From a virus: DNA of 39,981 nucleotides. Below the pieces are notes generated by a model. That model was not told the DNA's origin and ran no database searches. It worked only from the letters and a program-made list of their open reading frames with translations. Every line of letters starts with the position of its first letter. Within the stretch, counting starts at the first letter, position 1. The stretch lies in the IMG/VR virus record IMGVR_UViG_3300009285_000029; one strand, 5' to 3'. Below are positions 1 through 7,156 of this stretch, one piece after another. The translations under genes were made by a program, and so were the position numbers.

Positions 1-77
1 TGTGGGGGGGGCAGAACAAGTAGAACTTTCGGCCTTATTTGGTGTTTATCTAGCAAGGCAATCCACTACTCTTTCGG
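1..77. repeat. Terminal direct repeat copy 1, an exact 77-bp duplicate of 39905..39981 (circular-closure overlap)
   Basis: Bases 1-77 (tgtgggggggg...ctactctttcgg) read identically at 39905-39981. The window ends exactly at the end of the repeat. Confidence 0.97.
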
Positions 78-86
78 AGGTGTAAG

Positions 87-422
87 ATGGATTTCGCAAG
101 TTTTTGGGAGGTGATCAAATCACTTCCCGCCGAGGTTGTGCCGGTCGCGTTTTTCCTGTTCGTGGCGGTGCAGCTTCTCAAGGCTACCGGCGTGGTCGGC
201 CAGGACACCGCGGCTCAAATCGTGGTGTTGATTGGCTCGTTCCTCTCCGGCGGCGGCCTGGACATTGGGAGCTTCGAGGAAGCCCTGGTCCCGGCTGGCG
301 TGGCGTTCTTCGCCTCGCTGTTCTACTGGCTTTGGGCGAACTGGGTCTCGCCATTCGTCACGCCCGGACTATCGAAACTTACGGGCAGGCTGATGGCGGC
401 CACGAGCAAGTCCAAAAAGTAA
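87..422 (+). CDS. Putative holin (small membrane protein, about 3 TM segments, basic C-terminus)
   Basis: 111-aa ORF with GGAGG upstream of the ATG. Hydrophobic stretches are VVPVAFFLFVAVQLL, IVVLIGSFLSGG and VAFFASLFYWLWANWV, and the tail is SKSKK. Across the circular junction it follows the GH25 endolysin gene. Confidence 0.6.
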   Translation: MDFASFWEVIKSLPAEVVPVAFFLFVAVQLLKATGVVGQDTAAQIVVLIGSFLSGGGLDIGSFEEALVPAGVAFFASLFYWLWANWVSPFVTPGLSKLTGRLMAATSKSKK

Positions 423-450
423 GAGTTTTTCTTCCTCTCCTCCTCAACGT

Positions 451-483
451 GAAAGACCCTCTTGCGAGGGTCTTTCCATTTCT
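451..483 (+). terminator. Intrinsic terminator closing the late operon, in a convergent intergenic region
   Basis: Perfect 11-bp stem GAAAGACCCTC / GAGGGTCTTTC with loop TTGC, followed by CATTTCT. A second GC hairpin, GCCGGCGG-N12-CCGCCGGC, lies at 484-511. Confidence 0.7.
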
Positions 484-527
484 GCCGGCGGGAGGAAGGG
501 TGGCCGCCGGCGTCCGGGAAATAATCG

Positions 528-773
528 CTAGTGTCTTGCCCGCATCACCACTGCGCCCATGATGATACCGGCCAGCAGGAACGGCAGCGCACAGAGGGCG
601 GCTCGGGTCTGGTAAAGCGGGGGTAACTCGATCTGGACGATGACCAGGACGAAGATGAGATAGCCCATGACAAGTAGGAAAGCGATGCGTGCCCAATCGC
701 GAAGGCGGTTGTTTCTCCAACGGTTCATGTAGTCCTCTTTCTGCCAGAGCTGGCGGTCATTGGGGCGGTTCAT
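528..773 (-). CDS. Small 2-TM membrane protein, last gene of the leftward operon
   Basis: ORF-track 528..788 begins at a TTG. ATG 773 gives MNRPND... and ATG 728 (GAGGA 4 nt upstream) gives MNRWRNN.... Hydrophobic segments are IAFLLVMGYLIFVLVIV and ALCALPFLLAGIIMGAVV. Confidence 0.6.
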   Translation of the reverse strand: MNRPNDRQLWQKEDYMNRWRNNRLRDWARIAFLLVMGYLIFVLVIVQIELPPLYQTRAALCALPFLLAGIIMGAVVMRARH

Positions 774-969
774 AGTATTTGCCTGCAACCTCCCGCCTGC
801 ATCTCACACCACTCGTTGGGCGGGCCGGCGGGAATTACCAGGCTCATGTGGGCGTGTATCATCCACGCCTTGCGGCGCAGGAGCTATTTGAGAGGTAGCT
901 TGACATCGCAGTACACTCCTGGGTTAGGTGGTGGATAGGATGCTCCCGCGCCGAAGGGTGAGGACGAGA

Positions 970-1146
970 TCAGCCGACGTCATCCTCCTCGATCTCCTCG
1001 CCGTCGTCCAGTTGCGCCAGTAGCTTTTCAATCTCCTCCTGCACGGTTTCGAGGGCTTCGATGCGAGCTATCGGTGAGACCTTGACTGCGGCCAAGAGAC
1101 GGACAGCGGCGAGGGCGGTGTCGGTGCGGTGCGTGAGGTCAGACAT
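970..1146 (-). CDS. Hypothetical small acidic protein (58 aa, below the ORF-track cutoff)
   Basis: Hand translation: MSDLTHRTDTALAAVRLLAAVKVSPIARIEALETVQEEIEKLLAQLDDGEEIEEDDVG*. Its ATG overlaps the upstream stop as ATGTCTGA, which suggests translational coupling. Confidence 0.5.
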   Translation of the reverse strand: MSDLTHRTDTALAAVRLLAAVKVSPIARIEALETVQEEIEKLLAQLDDGEEIEEDDVG

Positions 1147-1366
1147 CTTCGGCTTCCCGAATTACTTCTAGGATTTCATTGGGTTGTAACTCTATCGTGT
1201 TTCCCTCAATGGTCACATAGATGCCGTCGATACGAGTCTTCTCGCCCCAGTAGAAGCCGGGAGGGACAAACTTATTGAAACCAACCACATGGCCTTTCCC
1301 TCTGGTGGTCATTACGATATCTCCTATACCAACTATGTAGCGACGTTCAAATATCGGCTCGTGCAT
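1139..1366 (-). CDS. Hypothetical protein (75 aa)
   Basis: Internal ATG at 1366 (MHEPIFERRY...) is preceded by GGAGGAG. The longer ORF-track start at 1402 would overlap the upstream gene more deeply. Confidence 0.65.
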   Translation of the reverse strand: MHEPIFERRYIVGIGDIVMTTRGKGHVVGFNKFVPPGFYWGEKTRIDGIYVTIEGNTIELQPNEILEVIREAEDV

Positions 1367-1634
1367 ATTTTTGCTCCTCCAGCAAATCAGGATACGGGCC
1401 AATCATAATTCTAAGTTCCTCAAACTCCGCGGCGGTCTCGGCCCGCTTCCATTGAACCAGTTGAAACGTCTCAATCAGGAATTGCGCCAATTCCTCCGTG
1501 ATTGGCTGGCTGACTTCGCGGCGCTTCAGATCTTTGTCGTGATACCAGAACCGCCACCCATCAGATTGTTTTTCTACCCGCAGGGCACGTTGTGGGTGTC
1601 CGAGCGTCCGATACCATATATCAAGAAGTCTCAC
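1347..1634 (-). CDS. Hypothetical protein (95 aa)
   Basis: GTG start preceded by GAGGAGG. Overlaps both neighbours by short coupled junctions. Confidence 0.65.
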   Translation of the reverse strand: MRLLDIWYRTLGHPQRALRVEKQSDGWRFWYHDKDLKRREVSQPITEELAQFLIETFQLVQWKRAETAAEFEELRIMIGPYPDLLEEQKYARADI

Positions 1635-1989
1635 TCTTGACCTCCTCGGCCTGTTTCACATCGGCGATGGCGTTGGCGAGGTCGCCGGGACGGTTCAGTC
1701 CAAAGCGAAGCCATAATTCAATCGTTGCATCTTCGGGATAAATGGTGGGCTGAGACTCGCACAGGATTTTTAGCAATGCCGCTTTGAACCTATCCCATTC
1801 ATCCTGTTCAAAAAACCGAATATGCTCAATGCACATCCACTCCGTTTCGGGGGTGGCCTCGGAGCAGAAGCAAAGCGCTGACTTTCTGTAAATTCTATCG
1901 TCCCCGTCCCGGAGCATCCAGTCAGGACTAAGTTCTCGGAAGCCCAGCGCCTCCGCAACCAGCTCGTCTCGGTAAAGCATTCCGTTCAT
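1621..1989 (-). CDS. Hypothetical protein (122 aa), possibly phage ABA-sandwich-like
   Basis: ATG preceded by AAGGAG. The N-terminal DELVAEALGF...W resembles the lDalvAe.vmGw opening of ABA-sandwich domain proteins; this is a weak by-eye match. Confidence 0.6.
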   Translation of the reverse strand: MNGMLYRDELVAEALGFRELSPDWMLRDGDDRIYRKSALCFCSEATPETEWMCIEHIRFFEQDEWDRFKAALLKILCESQPTIYPEDATIELWLRFGLNRPGDLANAIADVKQAEEVKSETS

Positions 1990-2099
1990 GTGGACTCCTT
2001 ATCTAATCTCTCGCGCCTCTGCTCCATGCTCAGGGACAGCGCGCGGGCGCGGCGGGGGTCGCGATGAGCATGCATCCCGCGCAGGCCGCGGGGAGGCCG

Positions 2100-2444
2100 C
2101 TATGGTTGCGCATCGTTTCTCTTTTTCCATGATGGTGTTTCGCCAGTCCTAGAAAATGGGCCACTACCCCAATACATCGGCACTTCTTCCATGCCCAGGA
2201 ATTTCAGGCGGCGGAGTATGCAGTTACAGCATAATACTCCTGCCCCAGGATACGGAGTTGGATTGATTGCTTCCCAAACATCGTCAGGTACGATCAAATC
2301 AGCCCAACCCTCATCTCCATAGTCCGCTCCGCAATCCGAACATTCACCCCCTGCCGAAATATCATCTGGATATACCCATTGTCGTTGTTGACCATGTGGC
2401 TTATCAAGACGTTCAAGGGGCGATCTATTTCTAAATTCACTCAC
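2100..2444 (-). CDS. Hypothetical Cys-containing protein (114 aa)
   Basis: GTG start preceded by GGAGGAG. CSDCG and CCNC motifs suggest a zinc-binding fold. Confidence 0.6.
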   Translation of the reverse strand: MSEFRNRSPLERLDKPHGQQRQWVYPDDISAGGECSDCGADYGDEGWADLIVPDDVWEAINPTPYPGAGVLCCNCILRRLKFLGMEEVPMYWGSGPFSRTGETPSWKKRNDAQP

Positions 2445-2492
2445 AGTACTCCTCCGTCCTTACACCCGTCCCGAAACAGGAGGCGGAAGGCG

Positions 2493-2819
2493 TCACTCTG
2501 GGCGAGCATCGTATTCCACTGCCCCAATCGCCGCCAGCGCCTCGTCCACATCGTTGCAAACGTATACCGGCGCGTGTTGGCTGAACTCCTCGTGCCATGC
2601 TTCCTCCGCGGGCGTTAGCCTCCGTTCCGAGGGCGGCTTTGCCCCATCCTTGACTTCGATGAGAACCCAGCGGCCACGGAACGCCACGAGCAGATCTGGG
2701 CAACCGCCTCCGACAGCATGGAGGTGACACACTTTCGCTCCCGCAGCGCGGAGGGCGGCGACAACCCGGGGTTGATTGGCGTCGGCGCGCTTAGGCTGGT
2801 AAGCTAGTTTACGGGGCAT
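2493..2819 (-). CDS. VRR-NUC / PD-(D/E)XK family nuclease
   Basis: GGGCPDLLVAFRGRWVLIEVKDG...LTPAEEAWHEE matches the VRR-NUC pattern G.PD-x(n)-hhhE.K followed by ls..Q..W. Size of 108 aa is typical. Confidence 0.75.
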   Translation of the reverse strand: MPRKLAYQPKRADANQPRVVAALRAAGAKVCHLHAVGGGCPDLLVAFRGRWVLIEVKDGAKPPSERRLTPAEEAWHEEFSQHAPVYVCNDVDEALAAIGAVEYDARPE

Positions 2820-2867
2820 CGGACTTGTAGGCGGGGAGGAGGGAATTGAGGTCGAGAGTGAGGGGGA

Positions 2868-3191
2868 TCATTTCTTCGGCCGCGGCCACGGTGTCAACTT
2901 GCCGTTCATGCCCACGGCATTGTCGATTTCGAGTTTTTGGAGAGGGACGCGCCGTGGTCTTGGTTGTGCACGCGTGGACTGGTCTGCCGCCGGACTAACG
3001 GTATAACCCATTTCGATGAGGCGATATGCCTTGTCGCCCGACATCCTGACCAGATGCACCTTGCCGCCATTCCAATCCGGGCGCGAGACGTCAAAGTTGG
3101 CAGGGCTGAACTTCTTGCTCGTGGGGTTGTAGAGATTGAGGCGGGCGACGGCGCCCCTCATTCTGTTCTTCTGTTTATCGGTTGTAAACAT
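2868..3191 (-). CDS. Hypothetical protein (107 aa)
   Basis: Internal ATG at 3191 (MFTTDKQ...) is preceded by AAGGAG. The longer ORF-track form to 3281 would overlap the upstream gene by over 100 nt. Confidence 0.6.
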   Translation of the reverse strand: MFTTDKQKNRMRGAVARLNLYNPTSKKFSPANFDVSRPDWNGGKVHLVRMSGDKAYRLIEMGYTVSPAADQSTRAQPRPRRVPLQKLEIDNAVGMNGKLTPWPRPKK

Positions 3192-3618
3192 CTTGAGCTC
3201 CTTCCACAATTTCAAGAGGTAATTGTACCTGCACCGGCTTCGGCACGGGCAGTTTGGCGAGGCGACGCTGCTCGTAGGCATTATGCTTCATGCGCTCCGC
3301 CTTCGCCAGCGTCTCCAAAGTCACCTCATCCACCTCCTGCCGGGTCCCGAGCCAATAACCGCCGCCGTCGCCGGAGGTGGCGAAGATATAGCAGCCCTCG
3401 TTGGTCAGGCGCAACTCCTCGATCCATTTGCGTACCTTTCTATCCCAGTGTTCCTCGGAACGGCTATCTGAGAGGAAGTGGCTATATTCGAGATTGTCTA
3501 TCTCGTCGGCTTCAAGGAGCAGGAACACGACGCGGGAGACGAGGGCATTGCGTTTGATGCGGGTATCGCGGCTCCGGTGGTTTTTGAGGATGCCGAGGAT
3601 GAGTTCGCGTGGATTCAT
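3175..3618 (-). CDS. Hypothetical protein (147 aa)
   Basis: ORF in the leftward operon, with an ATGA-type junction to the upstream gene at 3615-3618. Confidence 0.65.
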   Translation of the reverse strand: MNPRELILGILKNHRSRDTRIKRNALVSRVVFLLLEADEIDNLEYSHFLSDSRSEEHWDRKVRKWIEELRLTNEGCYIFATSGDGGGYWLGTRQEVDEVTLETLAKAERMKHNAYEQRRLAKLPVPKPVQVQLPLEIVEGAQDVYNR

Positions 3619-3914
3619 TTCTTGCCATCCAGGGCGGAGAGGGCATCATCTAAGGCTGCAAAAGCTTCTGTTTCCCTCATGATTGCCTCGGACAAAATCT
3701 CGGGAGAGGAATGATTTATTACCCATTCCGCTAGACTAATCTCCCTGACGTTACGTACCACCCTTGCCGCCTCCGCTATCCGTCTGAGGATGGCGTTCTC
3801 GGCGAGAGCGGATGCCCAAGATTCGAGCATTTTCGGGATTGTGTTGCCCCATTTCCGGCCATATATTTCCTGTGCCCATTTTGGGAGCAGGGCAATCTCT
3901 TCATTAGTTGTCAT
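3615..3914 (-). CDS. Hypothetical protein (99 aa)
   Basis: ATG 3914 (MTTNEEIALLPKW...) overlaps the stop of the upstream gene by 11 nt. Confidence 0.6.
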   Translation of the reverse strand: MTTNEEIALLPKWAQEIYGRKWGNTIPKMLESWASALAENAILRRIAEAARVVRNVREISLAEWVINHSSPEILSEAIMRETEAFAALDDALSALDGKK

Positions 3915-4239
3915 CGCTGTGCTCCACAGCCGCGAGGACGGCTTCGCAAATCCGCTCAGCAAAATCCTTAGAAAGTAATAAATATATTGTTGAGTATCTC
4001 CGACCCAGAATTTCAGTTAGGCGATCCTGAACATCGGCATTGTTACATGCTTCTCGCAAGAACGCGAGCGCCTGCGCGGGGTCGCGGGAGGGGTGGTAGC
4101 GTGCCACCGGATGTATCCGCTTACTCATCAAATTGGGAGCATCCCGCATTACCCAATCGCGGCCATCGTCTGATAACACCCACCCCTGCGCCCTTGCGAC
4201 GCGGGCGTCCAGATCGGGTTCGGTTCGGGGGTCAGTCAT
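3904..4239 (-). CDS. Hypothetical protein, phage ABA-sandwich-domain-like (111 aa)
   Basis: ATG 4239 (MTDPRTEPDLDARVARAQGWVLSDDGRDW...YHPSRDPAQALAFL) fits the lDalvAe.vmGw ... Ystd.aaa opening of that family. ATGACTGA overlap with the upstream small ORF. Confidence 0.55.
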   Translation of the reverse strand: MTDPRTEPDLDARVARAQGWVLSDDGRDWVMRDAPNLMSKRIHPVARYHPSRDPAQALAFLREACNNADVQDRLTEILGRRYSTIYLLLSKDFAERICEAVLAAVEHSDDN

Positions 4240-4411
4240 TGGAGGACTCCGACAGATCCTCCATCGTAGCAACAATGTGGCTGCGTTCTGTTGCCAATCC
4301 TTTGCTCTCCGCATAATTCAGGAATTTATCATATAGTCGGTCAAGCTCATTTTCTTGCTCTTCCGTAAGTCCTTCAAGTTCGATGTGGATTGTTAGCTTC
4401 TTGGTGCTCAT
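4232..4411 (-). CDS. Hypothetical small protein (59 aa, below the ORF-track cutoff)
   Basis: Hand translation: MSTKKLTIHIELEGLTEEQENELDRLYDKFLNYAESKGLATERSHIVATMEDLSESSND*. Coupled at both ends, with ATGA at 4408-4411 and ATGACTGA at 4232-4239. Confidence 0.55.
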   Translation of the reverse strand: MSTKKLTIHIELEGLTEEQENELDRLYDKFLNYAESKGLATERSHIVATMEDLSESSND

Positions 4412-4956
4412 TCGCTTCTCTCCTGCTCGACCGCCTTGCTCGCGGCCAGGGCTTTAAGTTGCTTATGGACGGGATTGCCTTCGTTCAATCTGGCGACGTG
4501 CTCACGTACCTCCGGCAGCATGGTGAGGTTCTGCTTCTCGCGTGCTACGATCTGCTCGTAGGCTTTGCTAAAATGGGCATACAACACGCCCATGTTATCG
4601 TACTGCATGATGGTTTGCCGCCCCATTGCTTTGAGAGTGGCCTTCACCAGGGGGTGAGTCGAGGGATACCCACTGTAGGAGTTCAATTCGGCAATCGCCT
4701 GCCCCCAGGCCTCGGCGGTGGAGGGCACGTCGGGGTTCGAGATTTCGGCATACACGGAGCGGATTTCTGCGATGGTGGGCCAGGTTGCATAGGGATGACG
4801 CGCAATTGCGGTCTGCACGGCCAGGATCATGAGCTCGGGGTCGAGGTCGGCCAGGAATTTCTGGTAAACGATTATCGTACCCTTCTCGACCTGGACGTTG
4901 GGGAACGCGCCGGTGAGCAGGGCGATGGCGGCGTCTAATTCATTCGGTTTCGCCAC
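4408..4956 (-). CDS. Replication accessory protein, G39P-like helicase loader/inhibitor family (tentative)
   Basis: LLTGAFPNVQVEKGTIIVYQKFLADLDPELMILAVQTAIARHPYATWPTIAEI resembles the N-terminal domain of SPP1 G39P-like loaders. Lies directly downstream of the initiator-like gene. Confidence 0.5.
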   Translation of the reverse strand: MAKPNELDAAIALLTGAFPNVQVEKGTIIVYQKFLADLDPELMILAVQTAIARHPYATWPTIAEIRSVYAEISNPDVPSTAEAWGQAIAELNSYSGYPSTHPLVKATLKAMGRQTIMQYDNMGVLYAHFSKAYEQIVAREKQNLTMLPEVREHVARLNEGNPVHKQLKALAASKAVEQERSE

Positions 4957-5761
4957 GTTCGCGATCCTCCATGACTTCTTTCAGCAGTTGCATGTTCCGG
5001 GCGGTCTTGCTGGTGGAGCGGTTCTGTTTCGTTCCGGGCAGCTCTCGGCGCTGGTAGTAGTCAAGCATTGCGCCCACGTTGCTGCGGTTCCAGCCGGCGA
5101 GAACGTAGGCTCGAGCAACGGAATACCAGAACTCGATGTCGTTTGGTTCTTCCCCCACGATTTTGATGATTTCCTCCGCCTGGGGAGGGCTGGCGTTCCA
5201 TTTCGCCCCATCGGTGTAAGCCTGGACGGCGGGGTGGCGTGGGGCGAAGCCACCCCCCTGGTTCTTCTTCTTATTGGTTCTTCTTATTGGTTCTTCTTCC
5301 CGTCTCACTAAGTGGACTGTTTCTTGTTGCGAAACGGACTGTTTATTCACAGACTGGACTGTTTCTCCCCCTCTATTCTGTCCGCTTTTCGGACTCTTTC
5401 CATAGGACATAAATCGTTTTATCTGGTAGGTGTTGGGCTTTCCTCGTCCCCCCCCTGGAGTTATTTGAATTAGAGATAGACCGGCCAGTTTGTCCAGTGC
5501 CCTCTTGATCGTTGAGCGATTGGAATATCCGGTCTCGGCCATTATGGTTTCGTAGGAGGGAAAAGACTCGCTTTTTTCGTTGATGTGAAGGGCAATGCAG
5601 ATAAAAACGGAAAGAGAGGCATCCGATAAAAGGCTCAATGATTCTCGAAAGGTAACGTCCATTTTGATGAAAGGCGGTAATTTCTTTTCTTTTAGCTGCC
5701 CATATTCCGTGACGTATTCGGTTGTTTCCTCGCGGATGGTCAGGCCTTGTATTTGTGGCAT
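4940..5761 (-). CDS. Replication initiator/organiser-like protein with a winged-helix (HTH_36-like) domain
   Basis: SFPSYETIMAETGYSNRSTIKRALDKLAGLSLIQI is a typical HTH_36 motif. I prefer ATG 5761 (MPQIQGL, GGAG 8 nt upstream), because the ORF-track start at 5815 lies inside the loop of a terminator-like hairpin. Confidence 0.65.
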   Translation of the reverse strand: MPQIQGLTIREETTEYVTEYGQLKEKKLPPFIKMDVTFRESLSLLSDASLSVFICIALHINEKSESFPSYETIMAETGYSNRSTIKRALDKLAGLSLIQITPGGGRGKPNTYQIKRFMSYGKSPKSGQNRGGETVQSVNKQSVSQQETVHLVRREEEPIRRTNKKKNQGGGFAPRHPAVQAYTDGAKWNASPPQAEEIIKIVGEEPNDIEFWYSVARAYVLAGWNRSNVGAMLDYYQRRELPGTKQNRSTSKTARNMQLLKEVMEDRERGETE

Positions 5762-5769
5762 TGCTCGCT

Positions 5770-5850
5770 CCAACGAAAAACCCGCTTTGGTGAGGTCTCC
5801 GGTTTCCGCCGCCACCTAAATGGACGAACCGAAAACCTCACCAAAGCGGG
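5770..5850 (-). terminator. Long hairpin plus U-tract (intrinsic terminator or attenuator) upstream of the replication genes
   Basis: Perfect 16-bp inverted repeat, cccgctttggtgaggt (5781-5796) against acctcaccaaagcggg (5835-5850). In minus-strand sense the stem is followed directly by TTTTTCGTT (5780-5772). Confidence 0.6.
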
Positions 5851-5874
5851 CTTCTGGCGGCAGCGGATAGAGAC

Positions 5875-5902
5875 ATTGTACCACGTCGCGGGCGGGGCGC
5901 AA
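5875..5902 (-). promoter_or_regulatory. Candidate sigma70-type promoter with extended -10 (leftward)
   Basis: Minus-strand reading is TTGCGC-N16-TGgTACAAT. The inferred start, near 5868, lies about 18 nt upstream of the hairpin at 5850. Confidence 0.4.
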
Positions 5903-5904
5903 GG

Positions 5905-6063
5905 CTAGGCCTTCGGCTTCCACAGCACGAGTTCGCCGTCTTGCAGGCGCACAACGTAAGCGATAACTAGCCGGACGAGCAGAACGTACCCGTAGCGTAA
6001 TCCCACAATCGTGCCCGGCCCTTCGTGGGTGAGGACATCGTGGCCGAGCATTTCATTTTCCAT
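5905..6063 (-). CDS. Hypothetical small protein (52 aa, below the ORF-track cutoff)
   Basis: Hand translation: MENEMLGHDVLTHEGPGTIVGLRYGYVLLVRLVIAYVVRLQDGELVLWKPKA*. Its start overlaps the HTH gene stop as TAATG. Confidence 0.4.
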   Translation of the reverse strand: MENEMLGHDVLTHEGPGTIVGLRYGYVLLVRLVIAYVVRLQDGELVLWKPKA

Positions 6064-6356
6064 TAGAACAGCGCTCCGCCCGGATAGAGAATCTCAAGCC
6101 CGCGGCGGCCAAAGTCGCGCTGCCAGGAACCGTCTTCATAGTAGGCCATGATGAGGGCAAAGTAATTCCGGCCTGGGATGTACTTCCCCTGTGACCACGC
6201 ATGTACGGTGGCATGAGTTATGCAGGCGTCCTCAGGCAGCCCCGAATTCAGAGAGGCCGCGAACTTGCGGAACGTTTCCTTGCGCTCGGCCATCAAGGCT
6301 TTGAGATACTCTTTGAATAGGGTTCGTTGCGCAATGGCTTTTTCGTAGGGTTTCAT
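6063..6356 (-). CDS. XRE/Cro-CI-type helix-turn-helix transcriptional regulator
   Basis: FRKFAASLNSGLPEDACITHATVHAWSQGKYIP fits the XRE HTH pattern (lA..l.....is...v..We.G...P). It is the first gene transcribed leftward from the divergent promoter region. Confidence 0.7.
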   Translation of the reverse strand: MKPYEKAIAQRTLFKEYLKALMAERKETFRKFAASLNSGLPEDACITHATVHAWSQGKYIPGRNYFALIMAYYEDGSWQRDFGRRGLEILYPGGALF

Positions 6357-6365
6357 CTCGGCACA

Positions 6366-6394
6366 AGAATATCACAAAAGAAACAGGTTGTCAA
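6366..6394 (-). promoter_or_regulatory. Leftward early promoter (near-leaderless transcript for the HTH gene)
   Basis: Minus-strand reading is TTGACA-N17-TATTCT with TGa extended -10. Only 9 nt separate the -10 from ATG 6356, and no SD is visible. Confidence 0.6.
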
Positions 6395-6405
6395 GTCACT
6401 TGACA
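6389..6405. promoter_or_regulatory. 17-bp perfect palindromic operator candidate spanning both -35 boxes
   Basis: TGTCAAGT-C-ACTTGACA read directly. Each arm contains the TTGACA -35 hexamer of one of the two divergent promoters. Confidence 0.65.
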
Positions 6406-6428
6406 GGATTGAGGAGATATGCTAGAAT
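6400..6428 (+). promoter_or_regulatory. Rightward early promoter, near consensus
   Basis: TTGACA (6400-6405), 17-nt spacer ending in TGc, then TAGAAT (6423-6428). GAGGAG RBS lies at 6452-6457 and the ATG at 6463. Confidence 0.8.
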
Positions 6429-6462
6429 TTGGCAGACATCCGCAAAATAACGAGGAGACGCG

Positions 6463-7146
6463 ATGACCGAAACCGAGAAGCAAGCCCGCGAGATTTACGA
6501 AGAATACGATGTCCCCTTCCCAAAGCCGTGGGCGGGGCTGAAATTCATCTGGCACCCCTGGCACCAACCGGCGTCTCGGCTATATTGGCCGATGCTATTC
6601 GAGGAGTTTTGCAAGCGCGCGGTTGAAATCGGCACGAAAAAACCAGAGCGTGAGCGGCTTGAACGGCTAACGCTAATGCGGCCCGCCAAGAGGCAGTTGG
6701 CTATTCCGAAATATTTCGCCAAAGCGTGGGAGGCTTACGTCAAAACGCGGGAGGCTTACGCCAAAGCGTGGGAGGCTTACGCCAAAGCGCGGGAGCCTTA
6801 CGCCAAAACGCGGGAGGCTTACGCCAAAGCGTGGGAGCCTTACGCCAAAACGCGGGAGGCTTACGCCAAAGCGTGGGAGCCTTACGCCAAAGCGCGGGAG
6901 GCTTATGACAAAGCGCGGGAGGCTTACGCCAAAGCGTGGGAGCCTTACGCCAAAACGCGGGAGGCTTACGCCAAAGCGTGGGAGGCTAACGTCAAAGCGC
7001 GGGAGGCTTATGACAAAGCGCGGGAGGCTTATGACAAAGCGTGGGAGGCTTACGTCAAAGCGCATAAGAAACAAATCCTCGCCATTCACGCCGTCGAGTG
7101 TCCTAACTGTAGGTGGGATGGCGAGAAGCTTCCGCAATTCGATTGA
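6463..7146 (+). CDS. Heptad tandem-repeat protein (16 x K[AT][WR]E[AP]Y[AVD]) with a C-terminal CxxC
   Basis: 227-aa ORF and first gene of the rightward early operon. It has a unique 85-aa N-terminus, then AKAWEAY/VKTREAY-type 7-aa units, then HAVECPNCRWDGEKLPQFD. Confidence 0.8.
   Translation: MTETEKQAREIYEEYDVPFPKPWAGLKFIWHPWHQPASRLYWPMLFEEFCKRAVEIGTKKPERERLERLTLMRPAKRQLAIPKYFAKAWEAYVKTREAYAKAWEAYAKAREPYAKTREAYAKAWEPYAKTREAYAKAWEPYAKAREAYDKAREAYAKAWEPYAKTREAYAKAWEANVKAREAYDKAREAYDKAWEAYVKAHKKQILAIHAVECPNCRWDGEKLPQFD
6718..7062 (+). repeat. 21-bp tandem repeat, about 16.4 copies (coding)
   Basis: Unit is gccaaagcgtgggaggcttac, with variants gccaaaacgcgggaggcttac, ...gagccttac and gacaaagcg.... 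Units are phased exactly every 21 nt from 6718. All six frames stay open across it, which produces the spurious ORFs in the track. Confidence 0.95.
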
Positions 7147-7156
7147 GGAGGCCTGG

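Noticed and set aside
789-969. 180-bp gap with small hairpins (for example GGCGTG-N7-CACGCC at 851-869) considered as a tRNA or ncRNA
   Set aside because: I could not fold a cloverleaf or find conserved tRNA boxes, and there is no convincing promoter/terminator pair. It is left unannotated.
1986-2075. 29-aa minus-strand micro-ORF (MHAHRDPRRARALSLSMEQRRERLDKEST) with an ATGA overlap to gene 1621..1989
   Set aside because: There is no visible RBS, it is very short, and it lies in a GC-rich spacer. The coupling is suggestive but insufficient to call a gene.
6718-7062. Tandem 21-bp repeat considered as a CRISPR array or a non-coding satellite
   Set aside because: The units are contiguous with no spacers, are phased with the reading frame of a gene that has a promoter, RBS and unique termini, and vary mainly at positions giving conservative heptad variants. 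The other-frame and other-strand ORFs across it (6673..7137, 6726..6908, 6905..7156) are repeat artefacts.
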